IMG/VR virus record: IMGVR_UViG_2706795801_000001
Span: 32,001 to 96,000 of that record
Source of the DNA: a virus
Lineage: Duplodnaviria; Caudoviricetes
DNA: 64,000 nucleotides
Reading direction: 5' to 3' (one strand)
Both the position numbers and the translations under genes were made by a program. The stretch's first letter is position 1. Every line of letters begins with the position of its first letter. Below, one piece after another: positions 18,986 to 29,730 of this stretch. The notes under the pieces are model-generated. The model did not search any database. It had not been told where the DNA came from and saw nothing but the letters and a program-made list of their open reading frames with translations.

Positions 18986-19560
18986 AATTAGATGAGTTCG
19001 TACACCACTTAGCCAGCAGAGCTGGCTCTCATTCATACTCCAAGTATGTTTGGGTAGATTATGTTAATCAAATAGTAACCTTCCCTTTGTGGACTGTTAC
19101 TGGACAATTAATAGGGTACCAACAATATAATTGGAACGCTGATAAGTTACGTAATAATGATTCTAAAGGAAAGTACTGGACTTACCGTAGAAAGGATATA
19201 CTTACTGCTTGGGGATTAGAATTTGTAGATTTATCATCCACGGAACCTTTACACTTAGTCGAGGGTATCTGGGATGCCATTAGTGTATTGAATACTGGTA
19301 GACGTTGTTTGGCGGTACTGTCTAACAACCCTCAGCAACTTAAACCTTGGTTATCTACTTTACCTTGCACCACAATTGCTTTGTGTGATGGTGATAAAGC
19401 TGGTGAAATGTTATCTAGAGTTTGTAATAAGAAGGTTATATTACCTGAAGGGGTTGACCCTAATGATATGGGTGAGTATAGTCTAAATGAATTTTTAAAT
19501 AAGGAGGAAACAAATGTTCACAAAGAATTGGAAAGATGCCTTACTACTCCTGATAGATGA
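18982..19560 (+). CDS. Compact Toprim-domain DNA primase
   Basis: GYQQY, LVEGIWDAIS, LCDGDKAG, GVDPND; likely ATG at 18982. Confidence 0.85.
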   Translation: MKLDEFVHHLASRAGSHSYSKYVWVDYVNQIVTFPLWTVTGQLIGYQQYNWNADKLRNNDSKGKYWTYRRKDILTAWGLEFVDLSSTEPLHLVEGIWDAISVLNTGRRCLAVLSNNPQQLKPWLSTLPCTTIALCDGDKAGEMLSRVCNKKVILPEGVDPNDMGEYSLNEFLNKEETNVHKELERCLTTPDR

Positions 19561-19843
19561 GGGTGTTGAAGTCACCTTGGAAAAACATCATGGTGTTATA
19601 GGAGTAAACCTTAACACTAGGACTAAGAGTGACTTGATAGTCGTAGAAAACGATCCTTCTCAGTACACCTGTGCTTCTGCAACAGGATATGGGAGGTATG
19701 ATAAGGAATGGGGTATTGATGTCACTAATAGCCCAGATCGTATTGTGAAGGATCTCTGCATCATAGTTAAAGAGTGTATGTGTGGTAGGGACTACGTTGA
19801 TATTAATTGGTGGTCACTTTTAAATAAAAATGATGGTATTTAG
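19514..19843 (+). CDS. Hypothetical protein
   Basis: 109-aa ORF, AGGAGG RBS. Confidence 0.65.
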   Translation: MFTKNWKDALLLLIDEGVEVTLEKHHGVIGVNLNTRTKSDLIVVENDPSQYTCASATGYGRYDKEWGIDVTNSPDRIVKDLCIIVKECMCGRDYVDINWWSLLNKNDGI

Positions 19844-19862
19844 ATGAGTATTAGGAGGTTTT

Positions 19863-19991
19863 ATGATTACAGTTTTTGCAAACAATAAACAAGTACCAGT
19901 CAGGATGGTGGAATTTAGTGATGGTGCCATTACATTCAAATTGGATGAGTTGCCAAAAAATAGAGGAAGTTGTCATGAGTTTAAAGTTTAA
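19863..19991 (+). pseudogene. Truncated ORF resembling the N-terminus of a ribose-phosphate pyrophosphokinase
   Basis: MITVFANNKQVPVRMVEFSDGAITFKLDELP (FxDG motif), AGGAGG RBS, cut off where the HNH gene begins. Confidence 0.45.
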
Positions 19992-20793
19992 GTTTGATTT
20001 AGGAAAAGAGGGTTGGTCTTTAATTGACACCCTCAAGGGTGGTTATAAGGAGCATAGAACTACCACTGGTAGGTGGAATAGTAACAAAGATATTAAGATA
20101 TGGGGAGATCTGGACGGTAATAAGGTGGCTGAACTAGACCTAACCCAAGGAAAAACAACTTTAATAGACTGTTGCGACTTGGATGTTGTATGTAAACACA
20201 ACTGGAGTGCCGCAAAAGACGGTGAGTGGGGTTACCGTGTGGTGGCATGGGATAGGGAGTTAAGTAAAAATATATTACTTCATAAATACCTCTTTGATAA
20301 TGGTAATAAAGTGGATGTAGTAGACCACATAAATGTTTGTTTTCCTAATAGTTACACGTTAGATAATAGGCGTTGTAATATAAGGAATACTCCAAACAAC
20401 ACCCACAATGTAAGAAAGTACAAAAGTAACACAACAGGATATCCTAATATTATATTTAACATCAGGTCACAGAAGTATAATGTACAGGTTACAGTGAAGC
20501 AGAAAAGGCCTTATTGCCCTTATTACCCTCAAGAGGAATTAGAAGCTGCCATATTATGTAGAGATACATTCAAAGTCCTCTTGCACAACCATAAAGGTCA
20601 CCTTGTAACAGAAGAAGACTATATCATATACTGTAAATATTTATTATCTGTATATGATGGTATGTCTGTTCCTGAGAGTAGACTTAAAAATGACGTGCTG
20701 GAACTATTCAGAAAAATAAAACTTAAAGATACTTTTGACCTAGAGAATAAAATAACTGAAATCCGTCAACGTGTGAAAGATAGTATTAAATAA
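19975..20793 (+). CDS. Free-standing HNH endonuclease with AP2-like domain
   Basis: LLHKYLF...VVDHIN...DNRRCNIR...SNTTGYPNI; likely start MSLKF at 19975 (GAGG RBS). Confidence 0.85.
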   Translation: MSLKFKFDLGKEGWSLIDTLKGGYKEHRTTTGRWNSNKDIKIWGDLDGNKVAELDLTQGKTTLIDCCDLDVVCKHNWSAAKDGEWGYRVVAWDRELSKNILLHKYLFDNGNKVDVVDHINVCFPNSYTLDNRRCNIRNTPNNTHNVRKYKSNTTGYPNIIFNIRSQKYNVQVTVKQKRPYCPYYPQEELEAAILCRDTFKVLLHNHKGHLVTEEDYIIYCKYLLSVYDGMSVPESRLKNDVLELFRKIKLKDTFDLENKITEIRQRVKDSIK

Positions 20794-20807
20794 TTAAATA
20801 TAAACAG

Positions 20808-20836
20808 TTGACATCCTAGTTTAACCCTGACATAAT
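20808..20836 (+). promoter_or_regulatory. Sigma70 promoter
   Basis: TTGACA-N17-CATAAT. Confidence 0.7.
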
Positions 20837-20870
20837 CTCCTTATCTTAAACGGTAAGGAGATTTTTATTT

Positions 20871-21086
20871 ATGAATAAGTTAATACAGGCATACTTGATC
20901 CACACCAACCACTACTTAGCTGGGGCAGAAGTGCAAACATACTACGCTAAAGTAACAGATGATAACCTTGTGTATAAGGTTAGTATAGAGAATGAGTGTT
21001 GTTTCCGTGGTTGTGAAATTATTTATATACAGAATGAGGAATTACTAACTTTTCTATTTGAACTTACATTGAAGCAAGGAGTCTAA
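20871..21086 (+). CDS. Hypothetical protein
   Basis: 71-aa ORF, AAGGAG RBS. Confidence 0.6.
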   Translation: MNKLIQAYLIHTNHYLAGAEVQTYYAKVTDDNLVYKVSIENECCFRGCEIIYIQNEELLTFLFELTLKQGV

Positions 21087-21233
21087 TATGAATGACAATT
21101 TTGTGGTGTGGTTCTTAGAGGAAGATGTATCGGCTAGACTAAAACAAGTTAACACTGAATTATCTAAAATCACTATACCACCACCAAAAGAAATAGAAGA
21201 TGTCCCACATGGTAAACTTAAGGAGAATAAATA

Positions 21234-21953
21234 ATGACGCAGTATAAAATTCAAATTGGTAGTTGGACTAAATTACCAAATAGTCAAGTTCAAGAAGATA
21301 CACGAGATATTATGGAGATGATGGGTAAGGTATGTGGTGTGAGCTTGGAAAAACATGTAACTAGTGTGGGTAACTTTTTGGAGTATGTAAGTGTGCGTAA
21401 CTCTTTCAAGGGTTTGTGTGCAGTTGTGCAAGGAGAGCCTCATGTTGTTACACATAACAGTAGGTGTAATATTAAACACACACAATCACTATTCATCCCA
21501 TATGAGGAGTTACAGAAAATGTTAAATGTACCACAGGTACAGGAGATGCCGAAGGTATCATCCCTACTAAACACAAAATTAGATTGTCGTAAACCAGATG
21601 GGACTGTAGATGAGGAATTGTCACGAGCATTCCAAGAGGCTTGTTTTGAGCAGGGGATTAAGTGGCTTGGTACAGATGATACCGTACAGTACCTTAGTTC
21701 CCCTTTCTTGTTTGTAGAACAGTACGGATGTTTAAGTCACACCACTTTACAATCAGAAAAGTTCTTCTATGAATTTGAAGATTGTAAACAAATCAACTTC
21801 AAATACTCCCGCACATTAACTTGGGAAGCTACTGAAGTTAAACCTCCTGAACCAGAACCAGTGGATGAAATGGTGAACATTTGTGGTGTGGAATATTCAG
21901 CGAAAGAACTTAACGCTGCATTGGAATTAATTAAAAAGTCACGTAAGGAGTAA
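21234..21953 (+). CDS. Hypothetical protein
   Basis: 239-aa ORF, AAGGAG RBS. Confidence 0.7.
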   Translation: MTQYKIQIGSWTKLPNSQVQEDTRDIMEMMGKVCGVSLEKHVTSVGNFLEYVSVRNSFKGLCAVVQGEPHVVTHNSRCNIKHTQSLFIPYEELQKMLNVPQVQEMPKVSSLLNTKLDCRKPDGTVDEELSRAFQEACFEQGIKWLGTDDTVQYLSSPFLFVEQYGCLSHTTLQSEKFFYEFEDCKQINFKYSRTLTWEATEVKPPEPEPVDEMVNICGVEYSAKELNAALELIKKSRKE

Positions 21954-22130
21954 TTATGACATATACATTTGTGTACCGTAAAGGTGGTGGTGTGGTAACA
22001 TCACAATTGAAACTTGAAGTTGGTGTTGATTTAGCTACCGCAATAGGTGAAAGTCAATCTGACACACTAAAAGAACTTGGTGCAGATAAGAATTCACCAT
22101 TGTTTGCCATTGTAAAATAAGGAGTAATAA

Positions 22131-22601
22131 ATGAAACCGTTATCAAAAAGTTCGTGGTTGTATCGTATTAATGATCAGTGGGGTAATACTGGTTTCATTA
22201 GACAGTCTCGTAACAATAGTATATCACTGTGTACACTGATTGCATCAACTGCACAAGCTTCGGTACTGTTACTTATATTCTGTGTATTAGCTTTGGTAGG
22301 TGTAATTGGCATAGTGTTAATTGGTCTGTCCTTACTGTCACCAATCATGCTATTGACAGGTTATATTCCTATTGGTATCGTTGTGTTGTACCCTATACTG
22401 ATTGCACTCCTAGTTATGGTAATTATGGTTGGCTTCATGTTGGCAGGGTTTGGAGAAATGGAGGTATTTCCAGATTACATGAAACCTAAACGATTATCAT
22501 CACCTAACATTAAACGTTACTCTATTAAAGATTCTTACGTGTACCAATACTTTAAAGCAATCAAAGATAAAGTTTGCCCTATTATTGATATTGTAGATTA
22601 A
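22131..22601 (+). CDS. Membrane protein
   Basis: Long hydrophobic core, AAGGAG RBS. Confidence 0.7.
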   Translation: MKPLSKSSWLYRINDQWGNTGFIRQSRNNSISLCTLIASTAQASVLLLIFCVLALVGVIGIVLIGLSLLSPIMLLTGYIPIGIVVLYPILIALLVMVIMVGFMLAGFGEMEVFPDYMKPKRLSSPNIKRYSIKDSYVYQYFKAIKDKVCPIIDIVD

Positions 22602-22618
22602 TTATTATAGGTAAGATA

Positions 22619-22646
22619 AAACCCCACAACAGAGTTGTGGGGTTTG
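22619..22646. terminator. Bidirectional terminator
   Basis: AAACCCCACAAC-AGA-GTTGTGGGGTTT between convergent genes. Confidence 0.8.
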
Positions 22647-22658
22647 TTGTTTAACTAT

Positions 22659-22742
22659 TTAAATTATGGGGGTTAGTTTCGATTCATCAGCATGTGATGT
22701 AAATGACACTAAAACTAATAACGCTGCTGCAATGAATTTCAT
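22659..22742 (-). pseudogene. Signal-peptide-only gene remnant
   Basis: MKFIAAALLVLVSFTSHA-DESKLTPII*, GGAG RBS. Confidence 0.4.
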
Positions 22743-22842
22743 TTTGTTAACTCCAATAAAAAAGCGACTATTTACTTATAGCCGCTTTTTTGGGTTTGTA
22801 AAGTTACCTGTTGCTATAACAGCCTATTGATGTTCTGCGCAC

Positions 22843-25140
22843 CTAAACTGAAGATGCTTTTATTATTGTTTTTACTCTCATGTCGCTGGTTGTAGTGTTA
22901 AAAATTCTAAGCGTAGCAAATGCGCCCGTCAAGCTTAAGTCAACTTCGCCAGAAGCACTAGCCCTAAAGCTGTAAACGTCAGCTTTGTTATTCTGTATCG
23001 CTGATCCTGCACTGTCGCTATATGTCGCAACTCTCCACCTTGACCCAACGTTGGCTACTCCGTCAAAACTAAAATCTGATTTTGAGTTTAAGCTCGTGAC
23101 TTTGTTGGCCACCACCGGAAATTGCTGGGCGGTTACATTTACATTGTTTGTTATATTCTCACATTCAATTTCAATACTGTACCCATCTACCCTTTGGTTG
23201 CCCCAAAACCAGTATGGTGAGTTTATAACGTTAACGGAGTCTTTTAGCGCCTTTATGTCGAACAAAAAGCCAGTAGGCGATCCGGTTTGGGATGTTATAT
23301 CATACACCCTAAACAAAGGCGATGAAGCGCCATATTTAACATCGAAAATATTACCACCAGTTGATAATGATTTAAAATTATAATTCTCTAAGTCTAAAGA
23401 AAGAAGCGATATAGACTTTCCGTTAAACCTACCATCACTTACATCTGCTGAAATTGAGTTGCATTTAAACTCTGTATTTCTGTTTTCTATACCTCTACCT
23501 GAGACAGATAAAAACCTAGTGTGATAGAATGAAGTCAATGTACTTGGGATTATGGGATCAATAACCTCATTGCCGTTAGATTTAGCGTCATAAAATGCAC
23601 CCCTCCACAAAATAGATTCAGACCCACCGAAGTTGTAAGAGTGGTTATCTACAACAGAACACCCCTGATTTTTAGATCCTGACCATCCGTTGACTCTTAT
23701 GTCGTTTGCATCTGCCCCTTTGATCTTATTGCCCTTAACTGTAACGAATGAAGGCGCTGCTACATGTATACCTGTCAGCTTACCGCTCATATTAACAATA
23801 GTACCACCGTTATCGTAAGAGCTTCTTGTAAACTCTATTATGTTACTGTGACAAGTGCCAAAGTAACCAAACGGAGAAGTCGAAGAAGTTGAGCCGTCAT
23901 CATTAATCCCCTTCAAGTTTATAGCGGCCTCGTCCGATCCGGCGTCAGTAAGTATATTGTCATGCACATCAAAAGAATACGCCTTTAGATAAATAGCCTC
24001 CGTGTCTAGCACGTTTCCTGTGCAATCAGTAATTATATTATCTGACACGATAACTTTAACACCGGATAACATTACAGCGTGGCATTCATAATTGTTACCA
24101 GTTGTAGAACTTCCTGTTGTGGTTCTGTTTACTACTGTGTTAACAGTGTTACCAATAAATTTATGATTTTTGCAAAGCAAGTATGACGATGAGCTATAAG
24201 CTATTCCGTCAAGATAAACCTTGTGCGCCGCAACTATACGACCTGCACCGATGATATTTTTGTATGTGTTTCCAGTAGACTCGCTTTCATCGCATAACCC
24301 GCGCCAATTTACTGGCATTGGACAATTCTCTACGTGGCTATTTTTTATAGATAGTTTTTTGCATGATATGGTCACATCAGGCATGAAATCATCTACGACG
24401 CTGCCCGCTATGATTATTGATCGGTTATTCGTAGCATTAACATTATCAATAACAATGCTACCTATATCAGAACCAGTTAACACCCTACAGAACGCAGTTG
24501 TGTAGTTAGTTTTATTTAGCTCTGTTCCATCATAAAAACCTTCGATTCCCACTCCAACAAGTGAAATATCGCCACCGCCGACACCAAACCCCAAGCCGTT
24601 AAAGCCTACTATTTTTGACTCTTTATCACTTGAAAATATTCTTAATCCACTATTGCAAATTGACGTAGAGGTTAACCTGATCGAGCCGTGCCCAGTGATA
24701 TCAGTAGTCAACCCAATTGCTTGCATTTTAGATATTGACTTACTGTTATCGCTATATTCGCTCCCTCCCCCGAAATTGTGAAGCGGGGACGATATATCAT
24801 ACTTACCTAACCTAACAAAACACCCAGTCCCAGTCCCAGCCCAATTTAGCAACGAAGCTAAATTAACTTGCGAACCATCCCAAGCGGCAATAGCTTCAGG
24901 GGCAATCACGGTGCCGCCATTGTGCAATGATTTATCTTTACTTGCATCATATACAAAGTTACCACCACCCACTAATGTATCAACATAGAATCCGTTTGTA
25001 GAAACTTTCATACCATCATAGAGTCCCAAGGACTCTAGTGATTTAATACCACTTACATTTTGATCAATTAAACCATTAATATTAGTTCTAATTGTTTCTG
25101 TAGTGTAGTTAACACCACATTCCATCTTTTCTAAAGACAT
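22843..25140 (-). CDS. Tailspike / beta-helix depolymerase-like receptor-binding protein 1
   Basis: GGGNFVYD...HNGGTVI head motif, beta-helix-like N/G/S/I repeats; N-terminus shared with 47043..49007; likely start MSLEKM at 25140. Confidence 0.8.
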   Translation of the reverse strand: MSLEKMECGVNYTTETIRTNINGLIDQNVSGIKSLESLGLYDGMKVSTNGFYVDTLVGGGNFVYDASKDKSLHNGGTVIAPEAIAAWDGSQVNLASLLNWAGTGTGCFVRLGKYDISSPLHNFGGGSEYSDNSKSISKMQAIGLTTDITGHGSIRLTSTSICNSGLRIFSSDKESKIVGFNGLGFGVGGGDISLVGVGIEGFYDGTELNKTNYTTAFCRVLTGSDIGSIVIDNVNATNNRSIIIAGSVVDDFMPDVTISCKKLSIKNSHVENCPMPVNWRGLCDESESTGNTYKNIIGAGRIVAAHKVYLDGIAYSSSSYLLCKNHKFIGNTVNTVVNRTTTGSSTTGNNYECHAVMLSGVKVIVSDNIITDCTGNVLDTEAIYLKAYSFDVHDNILTDAGSDEAAINLKGINDDGSTSSTSPFGYFGTCHSNIIEFTRSSYDNGGTIVNMSGKLTGIHVAAPSFVTVKGNKIKGADANDIRVNGWSGSKNQGCSVVDNHSYNFGGSESILWRGAFYDAKSNGNEVIDPIIPSTLTSFYHTRFLSVSGRGIENRNTEFKCNSISADVSDGRFNGKSISLLSLDLENYNFKSLSTGGNIFDVKYGASSPLFRVYDITSQTGSPTGFLFDIKALKDSVNVINSPYWFWGNQRVDGYSIEIECENITNNVNVTAQQFPVVANKVTSLNSKSDFSFDGVANVGSRWRVATYSDSAGSAIQNNKADVYSFRASASGEVDLSLTGAFATLRIFNTTTSDMRVKTIIKASSV

Positions 25141-25457
25141 TCTATCTAACCTCATTTATGTGTATTGACAGGTGCATGGTTGTATATAACGCACCCAATG
25201 TTGTTTTAATTATCACTGTAATATCCTCATGAAGTTATCCTATAACCCACAACCTTTATGTAATCACGCACTATATTTATACTTTATAATAACATATCTA
25301 GTGTTTATAAACAATGAATCCAATATCAAATGTTTGCTTGACTTTTCCAAAAGTGTTATAAGTACCCATAGTCAGCAACCTGCAATAATAGAAGGATATT
25401 ACATGGGGCGCGTTAAGAAAGAATCGGTAGATGGTGTGGAAGCGTCTTCACAACACC

Positions 25458-25759
25458 GTTTCTATTGCAGCGGATGATTTCTGATATAGCGGTGGTATGC
25501 TTTTGACATTAATCGTCTAGGAGGGGCACATGAGTGGTGTCAGGAGGTAGTTAACGGTCTTATGGGACACGGTTTTAATATAGTGGTTCATAACACAAAC
25601 ACTTCTGAACGAGAACTTAAACCTTACCTGAAGCTTGCAGAAGAACACAGTTATGAGGTAGTATCCCTTGTAGTTGAAAACCGTCACGGAAACCATGATA
25701 TGCATAATGCCCAGTTACGTCAAGAGGAACGCCTACTGGGGAGTTTGGTTCTTTTCTGA
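25458..25759 (+). pseudogene. Disrupted P-loop polynucleotide-kinase-like (AAA_33) gene
   Basis: VSIAADDF* then a frameshift into YAFDINRLGGAHEWCQ...IVVHNTN...VVENRHGN; Walker A region missing. Confidence 0.6.
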
Positions 25760-25883
25760 GGAATAACCTAAAACATTTAATTTATCACTTGACGGCACTT
25801 TGGATCTACCGTAAGATACCAGCTAATGAAGTCACCATGAACCCGCCTTGTGCGGGTTTTCTTTTACCTGTAATTCCTATCCA

Positions 25884-25973
25884 TACCACCTCTATTGCTT
25901 ACTGTCAAGGGATGTGATAGAATTAACTTACCACCTCTATTGCTTCCTATCAAGGAATGTGATAGAATTAACT
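25884..25973 (+). repeat. Tandem 45-bp duplication of an extended -10 promoter upstream of portal
   Basis: TACCACCTCTATTGCTT...TCAAGG.ATGTGATAGAATTAACT twice. Confidence 0.85.
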
Positions 25974-25988
25974 TAACAAACTAGACTA

Positions 25989-27545
25989 GTGTATAGGAGA
26001 GCTACCTTGAGCCACCGTAAAGGAAAAGGGAAGTCTAATCGCAACCAGCGAATGAAGACTATTCAAAAGGACACACGTAGTCAGCGTAGTGCCTCAAAGG
26101 GTATAGCATCCCCTGCTATTCACTCAGTTCAACGAATCGTACAATTACTCAAACCATATGAATTATCCAACACTAATCGTTTTGAAACCTACCAGCTAAT
26201 GATCGGTGATGAGGCTGTATGGAGTAGTGTTGAGTCTCGTATGACTTCTATTGAGGTAGCACAAGCTAACTTCAAATTAAAGTATGATAAGAACTCAGAA
26301 CGTTCAGTATTCCTTAAAGAGTTTATTGAACACAACTTACGTGGTATGGCTCGTACAATGAGAGCTGTAGGTCGTGAGTGTGGTGAGATGGTTTATAATG
26401 GTATTGCCCTACATGAACCTACTGCTAGTGTTGAGAAGTCAGGGGTGTATGCAGGACTATTCACACTAGACGATATCATTTATATTGATCCTTTAACTAT
26501 CGACACTATACGTCCTTATGAGACAGAAGAAGGTGGGCGTAAGTTAAAGTATTGGAGACAGAAGAAGTCTGCCTTTGTTGATACTAGCAATCGACTAACT
26601 TTAAGACAAGCCCAACAATTCAGTCAAACTGGTGCTGTTCGTATTGACTCTCGTAAGGTTGGTGTAAGTGCTTATGCAGCCTCTCAGTCACGTCCTATGG
26701 GTACTTCTGCACTAGATGCAGCATACGCTCCTTGGAAAGAAAAGAACCTCATACAAGAGTATCTACTGGTTGGTGTCCAGAAGGATCTAGCTGGTACCCC
26801 TGTACTACGTGTTCCAGTTGACTTATTTGAGAAAGCTAAAGAAGCAAGCTCAGATGCTGCTGCTACATTAGCTCAGCTACAAGAACATATGGCTAACCTA
26901 CACGCTGGTGATCAGACGTTCATGATCCTGCCATCAGATGCATTCAATGATGCGGGTTCTGGTGCATTACAGTATGACGTAGATTTCAAGGGTATTTCTG
27001 GGACGGGTAAGAACTTCGACTTAGTTGCTATTATAGAACAGAAGAAGAAAGCTATCTTCAATGTATTAGGTGCTTCACACTTGATTACAGGGGAAGAAGG
27101 TGGAGGAAGTTTTAACTTACATGAAGGTAAGGCTGACATCCAAGCACACTATGCTAATCGTGACAACATGATCATTGATGACATGGTTAACAAAACTATT
27201 ATCCCATTCATCCTAAACCTAAACGGATTCAAGGATGAGAAGATTTCAGATATTCCACAGTACCTGCATGGTGAAGTACAACCCGTCAGTATGGATGAGC
27301 ATGGCAAATACCTAAACCGAGTGATGAGAATTTTACCTGCCACTGCTGATGTTGGTAATGCTATTCTGGAGCGACTAGGTATTGATTACCGACTACCAGA
27401 TAACATAACCCCAGAAGAGTACAGGGCAATGTTGTTTACCTTTGCAGATGAATCTAAAGTGGGTTCTGGTGACAGTACTAGTGGTACTGGTGATAGTCAA
27501 GCAGGTGGTACAGCTTCTGATACAAACAGTGAAAATACAGCTTAA
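25989..27545 (+). CDS. Portal protein
   Basis: 518 aa, first gene of the head module, PMGTSALDAAY and KDLAGTPV motifs; true start possibly TTG ~26007. Confidence 0.85.
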   Translation: MYRRATLSHRKGKGKSNRNQRMKTIQKDTRSQRSASKGIASPAIHSVQRIVQLLKPYELSNTNRFETYQLMIGDEAVWSSVESRMTSIEVAQANFKLKYDKNSERSVFLKEFIEHNLRGMARTMRAVGRECGEMVYNGIALHEPTASVEKSGVYAGLFTLDDIIYIDPLTIDTIRPYETEEGGRKLKYWRQKKSAFVDTSNRLTLRQAQQFSQTGAVRIDSRKVGVSAYAASQSRPMGTSALDAAYAPWKEKNLIQEYLLVGVQKDLAGTPVLRVPVDLFEKAKEASSDAAATLAQLQEHMANLHAGDQTFMILPSDAFNDAGSGALQYDVDFKGISGTGKNFDLVAIIEQKKKAIFNVLGASHLITGEEGGGSFNLHEGKADIQAHYANRDNMIIDDMVNKTIIPFILNLNGFKDEKISDIPQYLHGEVQPVSMDEHGKYLNRVMRILPATADVGNAILERLGIDYRLPDNITPEEYRAMLFTFADESKVGSGDSTSGTGDSQAGGTASDTNSENTA

Positions 27546-27613
27546 TCATTAAATACTATATAATTGTTGCACCTTGTATAAAATTATGGTAGAATTAACA
27601 CAGAAGGATAGAT

Positions 27614-28168
27614 ATGGAAACAATTACTAAACACTTTACCATTGTTGGTGATAAAGCTGTTTCATCTCTCCCTCTGTTTCTTCACCAAGCTGGTTGGGTC
27701 ACATCAGATGACCCTCTAATCAAATCAGCTAATACTAAGACCTCAGAGTACCGTGTCTTTGCTCACACTTATGATTCTTTAAATTCATTATGCCTACGTA
27801 GCTTTTCTCTCAATGAGTTAGAAGCTGAGTTTGATTTGAATACTAAAGAGATACGTAGTGTAACATTACGTGATACTGCTGTCCACAAAAAGATTACCTT
27901 TAATAAGAAAGGAGCTATCCTAACTTATGCCAGAGGTCAAGATACTGTCGGACAAAACAGTGAAGTTAATTCACTCACTACAAAAGAACCTATCTCAAAG
28001 ATTACTATTAACAGTGATATATTCGCTGTCCCTTTCGATGTAAAGGAAGTATATGAGAGGGTTACAGGTTTGAGTGTTGATTTACTTACTGACGATGACT
28101 TAGAAGAAGAACAGAGAAACGCAAATTTATGGACTGATTTAATCGGCACTATTGAGGGGGGTAGCTAA
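27614..28168 (+). CDS. Hypothetical head-module protein
   Basis: Between portal and protease, RBS present. Confidence 0.65.
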   Translation: METITKHFTIVGDKAVSSLPLFLHQAGWVTSDDPLIKSANTKTSEYRVFAHTYDSLNSLCLRSFSLNELEAEFDLNTKEIRSVTLRDTAVHKKITFNKKGAILTYARGQDTVGQNSEVNSLTTKEPISKITINSDIFAVPFDVKEVYERVTGLSVDLLTDDDLEEEQRNANLWTDLIGTIEGGS

Positions 28169-28695
28169 TGAGTAGCTTTAAAGAAGCTCTTGTTAAGTTT
28201 TGCGGCTTTAACAACATGACGTTGAATGAAGATAAAGTCGATAAAGATTTAGAAAGTGTTGAGGTTAAGAAAGACTCGACATTAGAGATTAAGAAGTCAC
28301 ATGACCTCGTTAATCAAATCTCTGTAGAGGTTGTTGCTGAACCTTATGCACCAGACGCTCACGGGCATTGGTATAGTCAAGACACTGTACTTAAAGGTTT
28401 TGAGTCTGCTGATAAGGCTTGGAAAGAAAAACGTCTGCACATGAACCTATTTCACGCTCATGATGATACAGAGAATACCTGCATTGAGTTATTGAAACAT
28501 TACGTTGTTCCTTTTGACTGTGAAGTGAATGGTCAAAAAGTTAAAGAAGGTACTTGGTGCGCTGAAATTAAGTGGCATGACCAAGAACTTTGGAAGAAAC
28601 GTACTGAAGTATTAGATGACGGTTCTACTGAGATTGCAGGTTTAAGTTTAAAGGGTTGGGGAGTAATCAATGACCCTGTATCAACTGGAGAATAG
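28168..28695 (+). CDS. XkdF-like prohead serine protease
   Basis: EPYAPDAHG, NLFH, VKEGTW, AGLSLKG. Confidence 0.8.
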   Translation: MSSFKEALVKFCGFNNMTLNEDKVDKDLESVEVKKDSTLEIKKSHDLVNQISVEVVAEPYAPDAHGHWYSQDTVLKGFESADKAWKEKRLHMNLFHAHDDTENTCIELLKHYVVPFDCEVNGQKVKEGTWCAEIKWHDQELWKKRTEVLDDGSTEIAGLSLKGWGVINDPVSTGE

Positions 28696-29707
28696 CTTGG
28701 ATAATTTAGATAAACATTCAGAAATCACTGGACTTAATTTTGATGGAGAGAATCCTCATATTGCAGTGTGTCATAAGACACAGGGTTTCAGTGCTAATCT
28801 ACGACACAAAGAACTATTATTCAAAGGTACAGATACTAAGGTTTCTTCTGAGATTATGAAGACTTTAGAGGGTAAGGTACCAGAAGAAGTGTTGCAGAAA
28901 ATGTCTATGCAGAATAAGCGTAAAGACTTACAGGATGCAGTTGAGGCTGTTCTTAAAGAGTCTACGAACAAAGAATATATTTGGGTGTACGTTGAAGACT
29001 TTAGTGACGATATGGTGTTGTTTTGTTTTGATGACAAAGCTTACGCAGTATCTTACAACATGTCAGAAGACGGTGCTGTTGAATTCACATCAGAGCCAGT
29101 GGAAGTTAAACGCCGCGACCTGTATGTAGATGCCGAGACTGGTGAAGAGTTAATTAAAGCTCTTGATTGGTTGAAGAAAGAAGAAGTCCCTGAAGAAATT
29201 AATTCAGATGGGGAAGTTAACGGGGAAGGCTCACCTGAGTCCCAAACTACCCCAATTGAAAATGATGAGGAAATCATGTCAGAAGTTAAAACGGAAATTA
29301 CTCAGGATGACTTATTAAAGTCTACTGTAGTTCAAGACCTTATCCAGAAAGCTGTTACTGATGCACTTGCTGCTAAAGAAGCAGAACTTACTAAAGCTAA
29401 GGTTCTAAGCGATACAACTGAACTTGTTAAAGGTTTATCTTTTATTGCTGAAGATAGTGTTGAAGCTATTGTTAAGTCACTTGTTTCTCAAGATGAAGCT
29501 ATTTCAATCATCAAGGCTATGTCTGCTGCTCAAGATAAGATCGTTGAGTTAGAGAAAGCTGTTGAAGATGTTAAAGCTGAATTTGCATCACAAGACTCTG
29601 TAGAAGCGGAAGTAGAGAAGAAGACTGTTAAAGGTTCTCCTGCTGACCGTGAAGCACAATTACAAAAAGCTGTTGCCGCTGAACTTGCTGCAAAGAAAAA
29701 CAAATAA
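28670..29707 (+). CDS. Capsid scaffolding protein
   Basis: Acidic, coiled-coil C-terminal half; between protease and capsid genes. Confidence 0.75.
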   Translation: MTLYQLENSLDNLDKHSEITGLNFDGENPHIAVCHKTQGFSANLRHKELLFKGTDTKVSSEIMKTLEGKVPEEVLQKMSMQNKRKDLQDAVEAVLKESTNKEYIWVYVEDFSDDMVLFCFDDKAYAVSYNMSEDGAVEFTSEPVEVKRRDLYVDAETGEELIKALDWLKKEEVPEEINSDGEVNGEGSPESQTTPIENDEEIMSEVKTEITQDDLLKSTVVQDLIQKAVTDALAAKEAELTKAKVLSDTTELVKGLSFIAEDSVEAIVKSLVSQDEAISIIKAMSAAQDKIVELEKAVEDVKAEFASQDSVEAEVEKKTVKGSPADREAQLQKAVAAELAAKKNK

Positions 29708-29730
29708 ATTTAATTAGAGGATTATAATAA

